The position numbers and the translations under genes are program-made. The notes beneath the pieces are model-generated. The model saw only the letters and a program-made list of their open reading frames with translations, was not told where the DNA came from and made no database searches. Positions 24,975 through 36,531 of a DNA stretch of 64,000 bases are shown here, one piece after another; positions within the stretch are counted from its first letter, which is position 1; each line of letters starts with the position of its first letter. Source of the DNA: Pseudovirgaria hyperparasitica (Eukaryota); NCBI GenBank assembly GCA_010093815.1, contig ML996577.1, one strand, 5' to 3'.

Positions 24975-25745
24975 CTACAAGGGTATGTGTCCACGCTGTT
25001 CTGGTGTCATAGTTGGCTCTTTAATCGATTTGCGACCCACTGTTCCCCTTTTAGATCCTCTACTTGAGTGTATCGGAATCTGGGTGCCGAAGGCATTCGA
25101 ATTGCTTCTACGCCTCGACGACGGTACTGCCGAAGAGATCAATCCACTTCTACCACTGGATGGCGGTACGACAGAGGATTCTCCCCTTCCGGACGTCTGT
25201 CCGCCGCCATATGAACTTGGAACCATAGAGGACAATCCTCTACCAGACATCCGTCCGCCGCCGTGTGAGCTTGGGACGATAGAGGACAATTCCCTCCCAG
25301 ATAACTGTCCGCCACCGTATGAGTCTGAGACCGTAGAGTACAATCCCCTTCTAGATACCTGTCTGCCCCCGTATGAGCTTGGGACGACAGAAGATACTCC
25401 TCGCGCACTGCGGACATTGTTGTTGATCGTACTGAGTCCGTCGGGTTGCGCTGAACCCCTGTGCCACATGCTTCCAAAATTTCGGCAGTCAGGGAATGGA
25501 TCCGGCGCATAGGCCACTCGTACTCTCTGGGTGATACAGGGCGCTCCGAACGGTGTGGTTTCTAAGCAGAGATATCGCATTTTTCGAAATTCGGGAAGAA
25601 ACCGGAGTAGGTGTCTTGTTGGTCTACAGAGAGCACAGCACTCGTCTGCCCTGATTAGGCTAATAGGAAGCCACTCTCCATTCAGGGTCAATCCATATGG
25701 AGGTGGGCCGGGGTAAGACACCATGCTATCGCCATAGGAGGACAT
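24975..25745 (-). CDS. Hypothetical Ser/Gly/Arg-rich repeat protein
   Basis: 256-aa ORF with four 18-aa repeats; a TATA-like CTATAAA on the minus strand near 25955 favours this strand. Confidence 0.5.
   Translation of the reverse strand: MSSYGDSMVSYPGPPPYGLTLNGEWLPISLIRADECCALCRPTRHLLRFLPEFRKMRYLCLETTPFGAPCITQRVRVAYAPDPFPDCRNFGSMWHRGSAQPDGLSTINNNVRSARGVSSVVPSSYGGRQVSRRGLYSTVSDSYGGGQLSGRELSSIVPSSHGGGRMSGRGLSSMVPSSYGGGQTSGRGESSVVPPSSGRSGLISSAVPSSRRRSNSNAFGTQIPIHSSRGSKRGTVGRKSIKEPTMTPEQRGHIPL
25165..25402. repeat. 54-bp imperfect tandem repeat (about 4.4 units)
   Basis: Unit encodes SSxVPSSYGGGQxSGRGL on the minus strand and GTxEDNPLPDxCPPPYEL on the plus strand. Confidence 0.85.
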
Positions 25746-26829
25746 CGGAACAACAGTCTCAGAGCCTGTGTTGTTTGGTGCAGAAGGTCCGCAATAGATC
25801 GGGCGTGCGCTCAGAGTGGCTGTAGGAGTTGATTTATTTGTAATGCTTTCAGATGTATAGGTAGGTTCGATCTAGTGATTGTTGGACGAAGGTTGTTGGA
25901 GATCAAGTTCGTAGGGGATGGATAGAGAGTGGACTGGCGATAGTTCTCAATTTATAGACGATGGAAGAATCACATGGAGTGTCGCTGGAGAAGACACTTT
26001 CACTTGGGTTTTTTCGTGAATGAAGGGTCACAGTCACCTGTGTGTGGTATGTTAACTTTTGCCTCCACTAAATTAGCATTATTTACAATTTGGCGGAATT
26101 TATGTCGATGTCGAAGGCCACTCGTATCACCAAACTCAGTCCAAAGATGTTGTAATCACAAGTGATCCATTTGAAAAGAAAATATCAAAACGCGATGAAA
26201 ATTCTCATCTTTCACAGAGGTGACCTGTAGTGTAAAGATGTGGAAAGCGAAACCACAAGTTGCGAAAAGTAGAAAAAAAAAAAGACGAGACGACATGCCA
26301 TGAACTTGTATTCCTAAAGTTCTGCTGACCAAGTCTTAGGAACCCATTCTATGGTTGTATCCTTCACAACCGAGTCTGACCTGTATTTTCAGGACTTAAT
26401 AACATAATATATTATTGATTATAGATGGCACATCTTTGTTCGCTCGTGTGCTTTATAGTACACACCGCTTGCGCGCACAGCGACTGAAAGGCAAACTGTA
26501 TGTGTTAGTCTGATTATTGTGTCAGACATATCTGATCCCATATGATAGTAATGGTTGGGTTGATTATGATCTTGGTAGTATTAAGAAGATGTACGTGCGT
26601 GCCATCAAAGGTGTTGACGGAATCGCGACTTCCCTTTATGCCCATGACACATACTTGAAAAATCGATTATCCTGCAGTCTATTATGGTCTTCGCACCATT
26701 TTCCTCCTTGACACGCCGTATCATCCACGTTCAGAATATCCCATGATCATCGCATCATAGTTACCATTAACATAACCTCCCCATCCTTGCATACAGCCTC
26801 ATATATTCCTCAGCATATCGTACTGGAGC

Positions 26830-27699
26830 ATGGTTATGTGCAGCAGAGGTGTACTCCTCAAGGTCGACGAACACCTGGAAGAATCCCTCCTCGCCCGCGC
26901 CGAAACAGAGCGCATGAACGATCCTACATTTCCGCATCTTGAATGCATGGACAACCACACATTCTTTATGAATTGTTCCGATGATAATGATTCACAGAGG
27001 CTGAGTCGGTGTGTTGAGACGCTGAAAAAGCAGTTGGGCGGAGCTGTCACAGTGTTTGATTGGGACTATGTGTCGGATGGAAGTGAAAAAGATGATGAAG
27101 AGATTGCGCGGACAGGGCAAACCCAGCCGACAAGACCATCCAATCATCCAGATATTGTGGACGACACAGCAAACAAAGGGCCTAAGATCATCCAATCGAA
27201 TAGTCCTGTAGACTCGACGTACGACTCTGATGATGCGCATTTGGATATGTGCGAGGCCGACCTCTGGTTCGGATCACAACGCGGTGGAAGCTCGAAGAAA
27301 CGAAAGCGAGTTTCTTCAGTTGCAGACACGGAACCCGAATATGATCTCGAAGTCCTATCCCCGAACCAAGTAGACTCTTGTTCGAAACACAAGCCAAAAT
27401 GGGATGCAAAGTCGAGACTATCATCCAGACTCACTGCACATGAATGGGCTCTCGAGCAGCATGCCAATGTCATGACGGCTATGGCGGTGCCAGACAACTC
27501 GCAGAAGCAAAGGGCTTATTTGCAAAAAGGTGAGCGGCGATACGAGGACTTTGTCAAGACACTCGTTGACCCTCGTGCGGACGCTCAGCATCAGTTGGGT
27601 CTGTGTCCTTTGGACCATTATTTTGATCTTGGTACCGGTATGACTGTTGATGATGGAGTTTCATTCAGGATTGCGAAGGACAAGAACACAAGAAAATAG
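26830..27699 (+). CDS. Hypothetical protein (probably has upstream exons)
   Basis: 289-aa open frame with an NLS-like KKRKR. Confidence 0.55.
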   Translation: MVMCSRGVLLKVDEHLEESLLARAETERMNDPTFPHLECMDNHTFFMNCSDDNDSQRLSRCVETLKKQLGGAVTVFDWDYVSDGSEKDDEEIARTGQTQPTRPSNHPDIVDDTANKGPKIIQSNSPVDSTYDSDDAHLDMCEADLWFGSQRGGSSKKRKRVSSVADTEPEYDLEVLSPNQVDSCSKHKPKWDAKSRLSSRLTAHEWALEQHANVMTAMAVPDNSQKQRAYLQKGERRYEDFVKTLVDPRADAQHQLGLCPLDHYFDLGTGMTVDDGVSFRIAKDKNTRK

Positions 27700-27821
27700 T
27701 GGGTTGAGCATGGTATTCGAGGCTATAGACTCGAGCGTATCATATGTTGTACATGAGTGGCACTAAAGGCTCAGAGACATAAGTTTTCATCATGCTACCG
27801 TCGTGTTTGTTCCACGTAAGC

Positions 27822-29054
27822 CTAGTAGTCCCATGAAAGATCCATGTCGATCCCAGACTGTCTCCTTCCATGCAAATCCTCTCCCCGACGTCCCCCAGCT
27901 CTCCTCTCCGTCTTCGGGTCCACACTCGGATACACACGCATCGTCTCCGGCGCCTGTGCAAACCGCACGCCTGAGTCCCTTCCTCCATACCCACCCGCAG
28001 GATCAATCACCGACGTGTGCGAAACATTCGGCTTCCAATGTGCTGGATTTGGATGCGGGACATGGGATTGACGACGATTCTGACGATGAGCATTCTGAAG
28101 CTGACGATAATTCTCTGCTTGTTGGCCCTGGAGACGCTGCTTTTCCCGATCGACCGACTGCTGGTTCTGCTGTGCGCGGATGCGAGCTTCGACTTCGGCG
28201 GCGAATGGGTTGGCTTGGTGCGGCTTGTGGCGGTCATAAGTGGTGCGCTGGCCTGAGTAGACATTGGCATTGGGTTGCTGCTGATGGGCGTGCTGCAAGT
28301 TGTCGTGTGACTGGGGATACTGACCAGTAGTACGTTGGCCGTACTCTGTGTGCATGGTGTTAGGGCCCTGAGCTGGTCCTGGGCCATGGTACTGCTGGCC
28401 GTACTTTGGTTGCAGGCTCTTGGGTTGGCTCTGGGGCTGGTCCATGGGTTGGTCCATGGGTACATCATCCATGGGCTGATTCATAGGCCGATTCATGAAC
28501 TGTTTATTGTACTCTTGCTCTAAGTACTTGAAAAGAATCTCCGAATTGGGTCTACCAGTGGCCGGGACTCGCCTATACTTGTCCGGATGAGAAGTCGTTT
28601 GACGAGCTGGCGGGGGAAGCAATGGCGCCTGTACAATCGGAACGAGGCTGTAGAAGCGCGGAGGCTTATGGTATCGAGGCACTGCGGGTCCTAAAGTCAT
28701 GCGAAGAGTCTTGAGGTCGGCTGTGATACACATGGAGTTTGTAACTGGGAAGTACTTGGAAACATCGTTCTTGAGCTGCAAAATGCTCTCGAGAGTCCTC
28801 TTGTCGGCTGCGAGGACGTATCTCAACGAGGAGCCGACGCCTTCGAGCCAATCGCAAAGCGAGATGATTCTTGAAGCTATTGTGTGGTCATTGGTTTTAG
28901 TGCCATACTGTACGAGCACTTTGAGCTGCTTGACGTCGAGGGCGAGGATTTCGTGACCGCTTCTTTGGGGAGACATGTCGATGTGTTGCTGGTTAGGCAT
29001 TTGACTGTGAAGCTGACGGGACGTACGATCGTAACGCTGGAACGGTGCGTACAT
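27822..29054 (-). CDS. Hypothetical Gln/Pro-rich protein
   Basis: 410-aa ORF with MNQP/MDQP repeats. Confidence 0.6.
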   Translation of the reverse strand: MYAPFQRYDRTSRQLHSQMPNQQHIDMSPQRSGHEILALDVKQLKVLVQYGTKTNDHTIASRIISLCDWLEGVGSSLRYVLAADKRTLESILQLKNDVSKYFPVTNSMCITADLKTLRMTLGPAVPRYHKPPRFYSLVPIVQAPLLPPPARQTTSHPDKYRRVPATGRPNSEILFKYLEQEYNKQFMNRPMNQPMDDVPMDQPMDQPQSQPKSLQPKYGQQYHGPGPAQGPNTMHTEYGQRTTGQYPQSHDNLQHAHQQQPNANVYSGQRTTYDRHKPHQANPFAAEVEARIRAQQNQQSVDREKQRLQGQQAENYRQLQNAHRQNRRQSHVPHPNPAHWKPNVSHTSVIDPAGGYGGRDSGVRFAQAPETMRVYPSVDPKTERRAGGRRGEDLHGRRQSGIDMDLSWDY

Positions 29055-29382
29055 GATGACGAGGCCGAACTAGAATATATGTAACAGTAGAAAATAGGTG
29101 TTGCAAAGAGAAGTGTTGTGCGGAGCGAAGTTCAATGTAGTAGTGTTGTGCTTAGCTATAAGTACGCACGGCCGATTTTGCTCGTGACCACAGAATAAAC
29201 AAACGGAATTCGGTTGATTCACGAGAAAAGAGAGCGAAAATACGATAGTGACTTGAAATGCATAATATGGCTAAATAAGTGAAATGTGCTGTGATTACTT
29301 CACAGGGGGTATCAAAAATAGATTTTGGGCTCCATATAGCCAGTCATGATGTTAACCTTATCATCAATACGATGGTGTGTTT

Positions 29383-30477
29383 TCAAGTCGGACTGAGCGG
29401 TGCTTTACTTTTCTTTCTGCTTGGTTTGGGTTTGGCTCCAGCTGTGCGGAGTTTGTCCAGAGCCGGAATCCCCCTTTTCGCTTGTAATATCTGCGTTTCT
29501 ATCTGGCTTTTCGGTGTCTGCGTCGCCGTCATCGCTGTGCTTTCTTGCATTGCTTTAAGAGTCTCAGCCGCCTTCGCCTGAGCATCCTCTTGTTGTTTGA
29601 TGTGTGCATTCGTCGACTTGAATACAAACGAACCAGGCTCGCCGTTCAAAGGATTCTTGTCCATGTACTCGGTGCCGTAGCGAATCGATGACATCAAAGC
29701 GTCGAAGAGTGACTGCTCGACGGCCCTCTGTGACGTTGGGGCCTGTGCTCCTTGTTTCATCACGGTTGGCTGCGAGAGAGCTTCGGGCCCTGGAGAGCCG
29801 GCTCGGCTTTGCACTGCAGAAGGCGCCCCTTGCTTCCTGGTCGTGACCGGCACGTAGGAGTGGCCGGCAGCCGGGGAGAATGAAGGTAAGGACGCCGCCG
29901 TAGTCATGAATTTATTCAATGCGAGTGTTGTCGCGAGCTAGCAATCCATCAGCAAGCCGTCAAAAGCATATCGTACGATCTGATCTCACAAATCTGTTCG
30001 CCAACACGTCGTAGACTGACGGCGCTTGTATGATCTGAATTCCCACTATGAGCCACTGACCCATGACCGTCACGTCATCAGGCTCGTTATGCGTCTTGCT
30101 CCTGTGCTGTTTTTGCATGATCCAGGTATCATTACTGCTGCCATTCGCCAATTGCTGCGGTTCCGATACAATTATGAACTCCAATCCCCCGGATGGCATG
30201 TCTTTTACGGCCTGCTCGAACAGCTTGCGGTCAGCCAGCAGATAGTTCTTAGTCGGGTCGACTTTGGCTTGGGTCTCAATGGCGCTATTGTTGGACATTC
30301 GGTCGAAGAAAGGCGACTCGTGGAAATAGAAGTGTACTGAAGCTTGTTAGAAGGGCTTTACGCATGAGCAATGGTGAGCGGGCTACTATTGTTTGGGTGG
30401 AGATTAAGCCAGAATGGGTCTCCTGACATGAAGAACTGAGGAGCTTCCCATACTATCTCATCCAGTGATTGTGCCAT
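29383..30477 (-). CDS. MED6: Mediator subunit Med6, 3 exons
   Basis: LDEIVWEAP...HFYFHESPFFDRMSNN, GLEFIIV, WIMQKQ and QAPSVYDVLANR|LL...FSPAAGHSY. Confidence 0.85.
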
Positions 30478-31004
30478 TGCTCGCTAGCGACCGCGGGTAC
30501 TTGGCCGGTGTTAAGAGTTGTGGGCGGAGACTGTGTGAAACGATTGAGGAGGTCGAAGTCTACGCTGGGTCGCATTGCAGCTCTAGGCGACTGGGCCAAG
30601 TCTTGTGGGCACGTCGATCAGTGACAAATGGACTGGGACAATCAAGATTCAAGCTGCCAGAGATGAATAGTGAGGTTGGTGAAGATGCATCACGGCGAGA
30701 CTTGCCCGGGACTTGGACCGAACGACAAGGACTAATAATATCCCACAAATGTGGACCGTCCGCGGGTCCCCTCAGGCTTATCCAATTCAGGAAGTAGTGT
30801 GCAGCCTCGGTTCAACACCCATGAAGAGTACATTAGGGTACGACCATGGATGGTGTCGATAAAAGTACAAAAAGCCACTATTACTCTCTCCCCCTCGTCT
30901 GATCTCTCATCTTATTTCTACTCCGCTCAGAACGACCGTTGTCGCACCAAAATTTCAAACCTCAAGACCAGCCTATCTCACTGATAATCCACCACTCCAC
31001 CACC

Positions 31005-31448
31005 ATGCCTACATACATCGCTATGCTAGGACCTGTCATCGGTCTCAATCTCTGGACCTTCGGCATGGAAGCATGGATGTACGCCCTTCGTCTGCCTGCC
31101 ATAGGCAACTCCGGACTCAAATTCACGCCTGAGTCGACCAAAGAAGACTTGAAGAAACTTCCTCCTCGCGTCCAATGGCCTGCAGATAATTACAACCATC
31201 TCTTCGAACAGCCAACTCAATTCTACGCCGTTGCGCTTACTCTCGCTCTCCTTGGGAGAGACACTGGCGTCAGTGATCTCGATGTCAAGCTTGCGTGGAC
31301 CTATGTTGGTGTCAGAATGGTACACAGCGTTGTCCAGTCTGTGGCCAACCCGATTCCGATCCGTTTCAGTTTGTTCGCGCTCTCTGGTGCTGTTCTAGCT
31401 GGACTGACCGCGAGGACGGCTTTGACAGTTTTCGACATCGCCTTCTAA
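31005..31448 (+). CDS. MAPEG-family membrane protein
   Basis: WMYALRLP, WPADNYNHLFEQPTQFY, LAWTYVGVRMVHS and RFSLF. Confidence 0.88.
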   Translation: MPTYIAMLGPVIGLNLWTFGMEAWMYALRLPAIGNSGLKFTPESTKEDLKKLPPRVQWPADNYNHLFEQPTQFYAVALTLALLGRDTGVSDLDVKLAWTYVGVRMVHSVVQSVANPIPIRFSLFALSGAVLAGLTARTALTVFDIAF

Positions 31449-31722
31449 TTGTTCGGAGATTGGGTAAAAGTGGCTCGTAGCAGGGGTTGGGTTTCAAATA
31501 CTAATGTCTGTAGAGCTCCTGAGATGGAAAGTTTCACAAGACGCATTGAAATGCAGTTATGTGGTTCAGACGGTTACAGCGATATGTCGGACCTCATACT
31601 CATAATAGGATGTCTGAAGCCGTATGAAACCACAATTCTACCTATTGTATAATCGAACTCCTATGCCCTGTCCGTGCAGTAATCCCACGTCTCGTTGATC
31701 ACACGCTGGGTTATTCCTCCCC

Positions 31723-32616
31723 TCACCTCCCTCCGCTTCTCTCACCAACAGTCTGACTCCTATCTGAATCACTCTCACCCACCTCAACCCACTCATCACC
31801 CTCATCCGGACCCACAAACTCAAACTCTCCACCACACCTCACTCCCTCGACCCCATCATCCTGCTCTTCCTCCTCTCCCAAAACCACCGGCAGCCCGGGC
31901 GGTTCCCACGTCCAAAACACCGTGCTATCGGTTCCACGGAACGGAAATACCAAGCGCACTCCCCGATCTCGTTCTTTCTTCCTCCACACCCTCTTGTGGA
32001 TATCATCCTGTCTATCAACCCGTCCACGAATGAGCGGCTCGACGATCGTGAATTTGGCGTCGCAGTCCCCTGTATAGTCGACGACGTGTCCACAGGCTGG
32101 ACAGGCGGGAATTTGTGTCGCAGGGAGGGTGGAGAAAGGGGTTGGGAGACGGCAATGACAACATATGAAGTAATCGACAACCACGATGGACGGTGTTGAG
32201 AGAAGAGAGAAGTGGACAAAGGCAGCGAGACCGCTACGGTGGACATGGGGTGGACGGCGGGGCGGGTGGACTACAGACATATTTGTATTATCGTTTGACT
32301 CGTTCGTTCCGTTCGTGTTTTGGTCTATATGAACCAGTACGTCTCTTCTGCGAGCGTTGCGGCGAGAGATCTGTGGCATTTTTGCGGTACGGAGGATGAC
32401 TTTATTGCGTGGGAATATCTCGTGAAGAGATCCAGTGTCACAATAAGCATTGTGAGATTGTGCAAAGATTGGCAAAGACCACACGTGGCTCGGTGAAAAG
32501 CGATCACTTGGATGAGAATAAGAGAATTGCTCGATAGTGCACGCGACTAGAAAGTGTGGAATTCTAGTATACGAGGGGTCAGCTGCTGGCTCTTGACAAA
32601 GTAAAAGGTCCATCAT
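31723..32616 (-). CDS. Hypothetical protein with possible zinc-ribbon CxxC pairs (start uncertain, perhaps MPQISRR)
   Basis: CCHC...CPACGH motif and an acidic C-terminus. Confidence 0.45.
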   Translation of the reverse strand: MMDLLLCQEPAADPSYTRIPHFLVACTIEQFSYSHPSDRFSPSHVWSLPIFAQSHNAYCDTGSLHEIFPRNKVILRTAKMPQISRRNARRRDVLVHIDQNTNGTNESNDNTNMSVVHPPRRPPHVHRSGLAAFVHFSLLSTPSIVVVDYFICCHCRLPTPFSTLPATQIPACPACGHVVDYTGDCDAKFTIVEPLIRGRVDRQDDIHKRVWRKKERDRGVRLVFPFRGTDSTVFWTWEPPGLPVVLGEEEEQDDGVEGVRCGGEFEFVGPDEGDEWVEVGESDSDRSQTVGERSGGR

Positions 32617-33397
32617 TCACCCAAACAAAGGGAGTATCTATGAACTATGGCGAGTTTGTCCATCATACCTTTAGTCTTCTCGGTCGTATCTATGACTTTT
32701 TTCTCGGACGTGGCAACTCATATTTAAGGTTTTTCTGCTTCCAAGGGTCTATGCTTGTGGATGCACGAGATATGGGGGTAATAGATTTACAGAATCTAAT
32801 TAGGAGGCAGCGCGATCCCTCGGCGAGTGAATAGTAAGCATGTCTCATCCACTGACTGGACCTCACGACATCTAGTTCACATTCCACACTCGAGTGAACT
32901 ATAGGCCGAGCTGTGAAATAGCTTTGAGTATGCGCATATAGTTATTCAGGGGCAGGGACTGATGTAGCGTCTCACAAGGGGCGACGGCGGCAGCAAGAAT
33001 AATCAAACAGCGATACAGAGGTACAGTACTAGGCGGTAGAAGAGTATGTATACACTTTCTGCTAATGATATATTGCGTTTCGGCCGGAACAAGAGTCTGC
33101 AATTCGTTCCAGAATACGAACCACTAATCGCAATAATGATATACCGCATTGGGTGTCGCGAGCAGCTTGTGTAACAGCTTTGAACGAGTAGAGGTTCGGA
33201 TAACAGGACCAACATGAACCAATACTTCGGCGAGGAGTTGATTGATCGCTAATATTCTCAGAGTGTAGGTAGTGGTCAGTATCGATCCATTGTTGTGTCT
33301 GATTATGTCATCCATCACCCCACTCGATCTGTGAGTCACTGACGTTCCGGTACGGATAGCATTGTTCTTGACAAGTAAAGCACCTGCACGTAACACG

Positions 33398-35523
33398 ATG
33401 CCTGACACTATCGACTACGCAGGGAGGCCTTTCGATAGGGTGCCGTTCGAATCGGTTCTTCGTCGACGCTTTTTTTTTACCGAATCATTCGAAAGTTATC
33501 GCCAAGCTAGCGGCTTCAAGGGCGACAATCGGGGCCTCTTCGATTACGGGCCACCTGGCTGTGCTCTACAGGCAAATATAGTTGCATTATGGCGACAACA
33601 TTTTGTGCTTGAGGAGGAAATGCTAGAGCTAGACTGTACTGCCTTGACACCAGAGGATGTTTTCAAAACGAGTGGGCACGTGGACAAATTTGCCGATTGG
33701 ATGTGCAAGGATCCTGTCAAAGGAGAGTATCTAAGAGCGGACCACCTGGTTGAAAATGTTCTCGAGGGCCGCTTGAAAGGTGACAAGACTGCGAGAGGTA
33801 TTGCCATCAAACAGGAGGAAAAATCAGCAGATGCGAAGAAGGCTAAGACTGCGGTGAAGGATGTCAAGGCCGTCAAGTTGGACGATAATACTGTTAGAGA
33901 ATACGAAGAAATACTTGCGAAGGTTTGCTGCTATCATTTCTCTTACTGATCACGTATGGATAAAGTTCGCAGATCGACAACTATGACGGGGAAGCACTCG
34001 GGGAGCTGATCAAGCGTTTCGACATCCGCAATCCTGATGGGAACAATGAGGTACAACCTCCAATTCCGTTCAACTTGATGTTCAAGTCTAGTATTGGACC
34101 TTCTGCTGCAGCGCCAGTATATCTAAGACCGGAAACTGCACAAGGCCAATTCCTCAATTTCCGCAGGCTGCTAGAGTACAATAACAATAGCATGCCATTC
34201 GCATCAGCATCTATCGGAAAATCCTACCGGAATGAGATCTCGCCGCGATCCGGCTTGCTTCGAGTGCGCGAATTCCTCATGGCAGAAATCGAGCACTTCG
34301 TTGATCCTCTGAGCGGCAAAAAACATGATCGCTTCGATGAAGTCAAGCACATCGAACTTGCGCTGCTTGACAGGGATACCCAACTTGCAGGACAGACTGG
34401 TACCGTCCAGGTGCCCATTGGATCTGCAGTCGAGCGGAAGATCGTCGACAACGAAACACTTGGTTACTTTCTTGCACGGGTGCAATTGTTCCTCGTCAAA
34501 ATCGGCATCGACATCAAGAAGTTAAGGTTCCGTCAGCATCTTGCGAATGAGATGGCTCATTATGCATGCGATTGCTGGGATGCCGAACTCCTCACAAGCT
34601 ATGGATGGATTGAGTGTGTCGGATGTGCAGATCGCAGTGCATACGACTTGTCAGTACATGCAAAGCGCACTGGAGAAAAGCTTATTGTCCAGGAACAGCT
34701 CCCTAGCCCTCTAAAAGTAGAGCGTTGGGAGGGCACACTTGAGAAGAAGAAACTGGGACCAAGATTTCGCAAAGATGCAAAGTTTGTGGAGATGGCAGTT
34801 TCTGAGCTGGATCAAGAGTCGCTTGAGAAGCAAGCAGCCATACTCAAGCAAGAGGGCCGCATCACACTGACATCACCAGTACCTCTTGCCGATGGCTCAG
34901 CGACTCTCGACATCGACAGTGACATCTTGACAATAGAGAAAGTTACTAGGATTGAAAGTGTCAGGGAGTATGTCCCCAATGTAATTGAGCCATCGTTCGG
35001 TATCGGTCGCATTTTATACTCCCTCTTGGAGCAAGTATATTGGCATAGACCTCAAGACTCAGCACGCGGCGTAAGTCATACTCTCAAGCCGTGGGTGCTG
35101 GAAAGCAGATGATATATCTAAGCTAACGATGTCTTCTAGGTGCTCTCACTACCTCTACCAGTCGCGCCTACTAAGGTTCTGATTGTTCCACTTTCATCAA
35201 ACACGGCCTTCTTACCTATCGTAAAGAAGATATCACAGCGTCTCCGTGCTATCGGTGTGTCCAGCCGTGCTGACGCGTCCAGTGCGAGTATCGGGAAGCG
35301 ATATGCACGCAACGACGAGCTTGGCACTCCCCTTGGTATCACGATCGATTTTGACACTGTCAAGAACGGCTCTATCACGCTTCGTGAGAGAGACGGCACG
35401 AAGCAGATCCGAGCATCTGAAGACGAAGTCATTGATGCTGTCAAGGCTCTGGTTGATGGTACGGAGGCTCTAGAAGAAGTCTTTAGCCGACTACCAGAAT
35501 TCACTGGCCAGGAGACTGAGTGA
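33398..35523 (+). CDS. Glycyl-tRNA synthetase (alpha2 type), divergent form; 3 exons
   Basis: FDYGPPG, SGHVDKFAD, YLRPETAQGQF, YRNEISPRSGLLRVREFLMAEIEHF, VIEPSFGIGR and SIGKRYARNDELGTP; introns 33923-33972 and 35071-35139. Confidence 0.95.
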
Positions 35524-36531
35524 GATGGGTGCATTGATGCTCTAGGTATCGGTAGACTACTATGCGAATGTCAACCGTGGCATTATGTCAAGCGAGAGCA
35601 TTCGCCAATGTAATTCGATTGGCTTATCTAGGTACTCACACTATCCTAGAGCCTGAATATGAGCTTCAACATCAAGTCGCCTGTTGCCTATTGTTCCTCC
35701 CATCATGTTTCATATACCTTGTGATAAAACCAAAGCGCCTAGCACTCGCAAAAGTGCATGTATTCAACAGATTGGTAGTTCCCGTTCTCGCCACTTGCGT
35801 GCCATGCAATACAGATTAGAATATTCAGTGAAGAAAGTCAGCTATTCAATGCTACAAATACTGTACCGCTTCCTAAATGGCGGAAACAATGGAACCAATC
35901 TGTCAATTAGGATGAAAGGACGTGTAGACTATGGAAGGTTATTGAAAGACCAACTAACAGACATGTCGGAAGCCTTGAAGAGATCAATGACGAGTTGAGC
36001 CAAGAATCCCATACCTAGGAAATCAAGTGAAACTAGAAAGAAAGCATAGAACTCAGAAAGATTCTTAGTAAGAAGATATTAGCGATCATATATCGGAACA
36101 ATTACACCACGTATGAAATTCGACCAATGGAAGTACAACTATGAAGTCCTCTACGCTCGCTCCCTCACTGAGCGCAAGGACGATCTTGCTCTTAATAGTA
36201 CTATAATATAAATAGCATTGGAATCATTCTTGGAAGTATGAAATATACCAGCGACTCTGATAAGGCCATAGATCAAGTCTGCGTTGGATAGAGCGCCATC
36301 CTAGTTCCACATAAACGTATTCAATCATATTGTCGGACGAATCCTCCCAGTCTGCGCCAAAGGCTTAGAAGTAGTTGATTTTGACGTAGTGTCATACGGA
36401 AACCTGTTGTCAGAGGCTTTGCGGTTGTAGAGGGGATTCTATGACCATTTGGACCAACCTCATAGCTTGGGTACCAGATGACATTGAGCGATTAATTATA
36501 ACTCATGATCCATATTAAGCCTCACATATCA

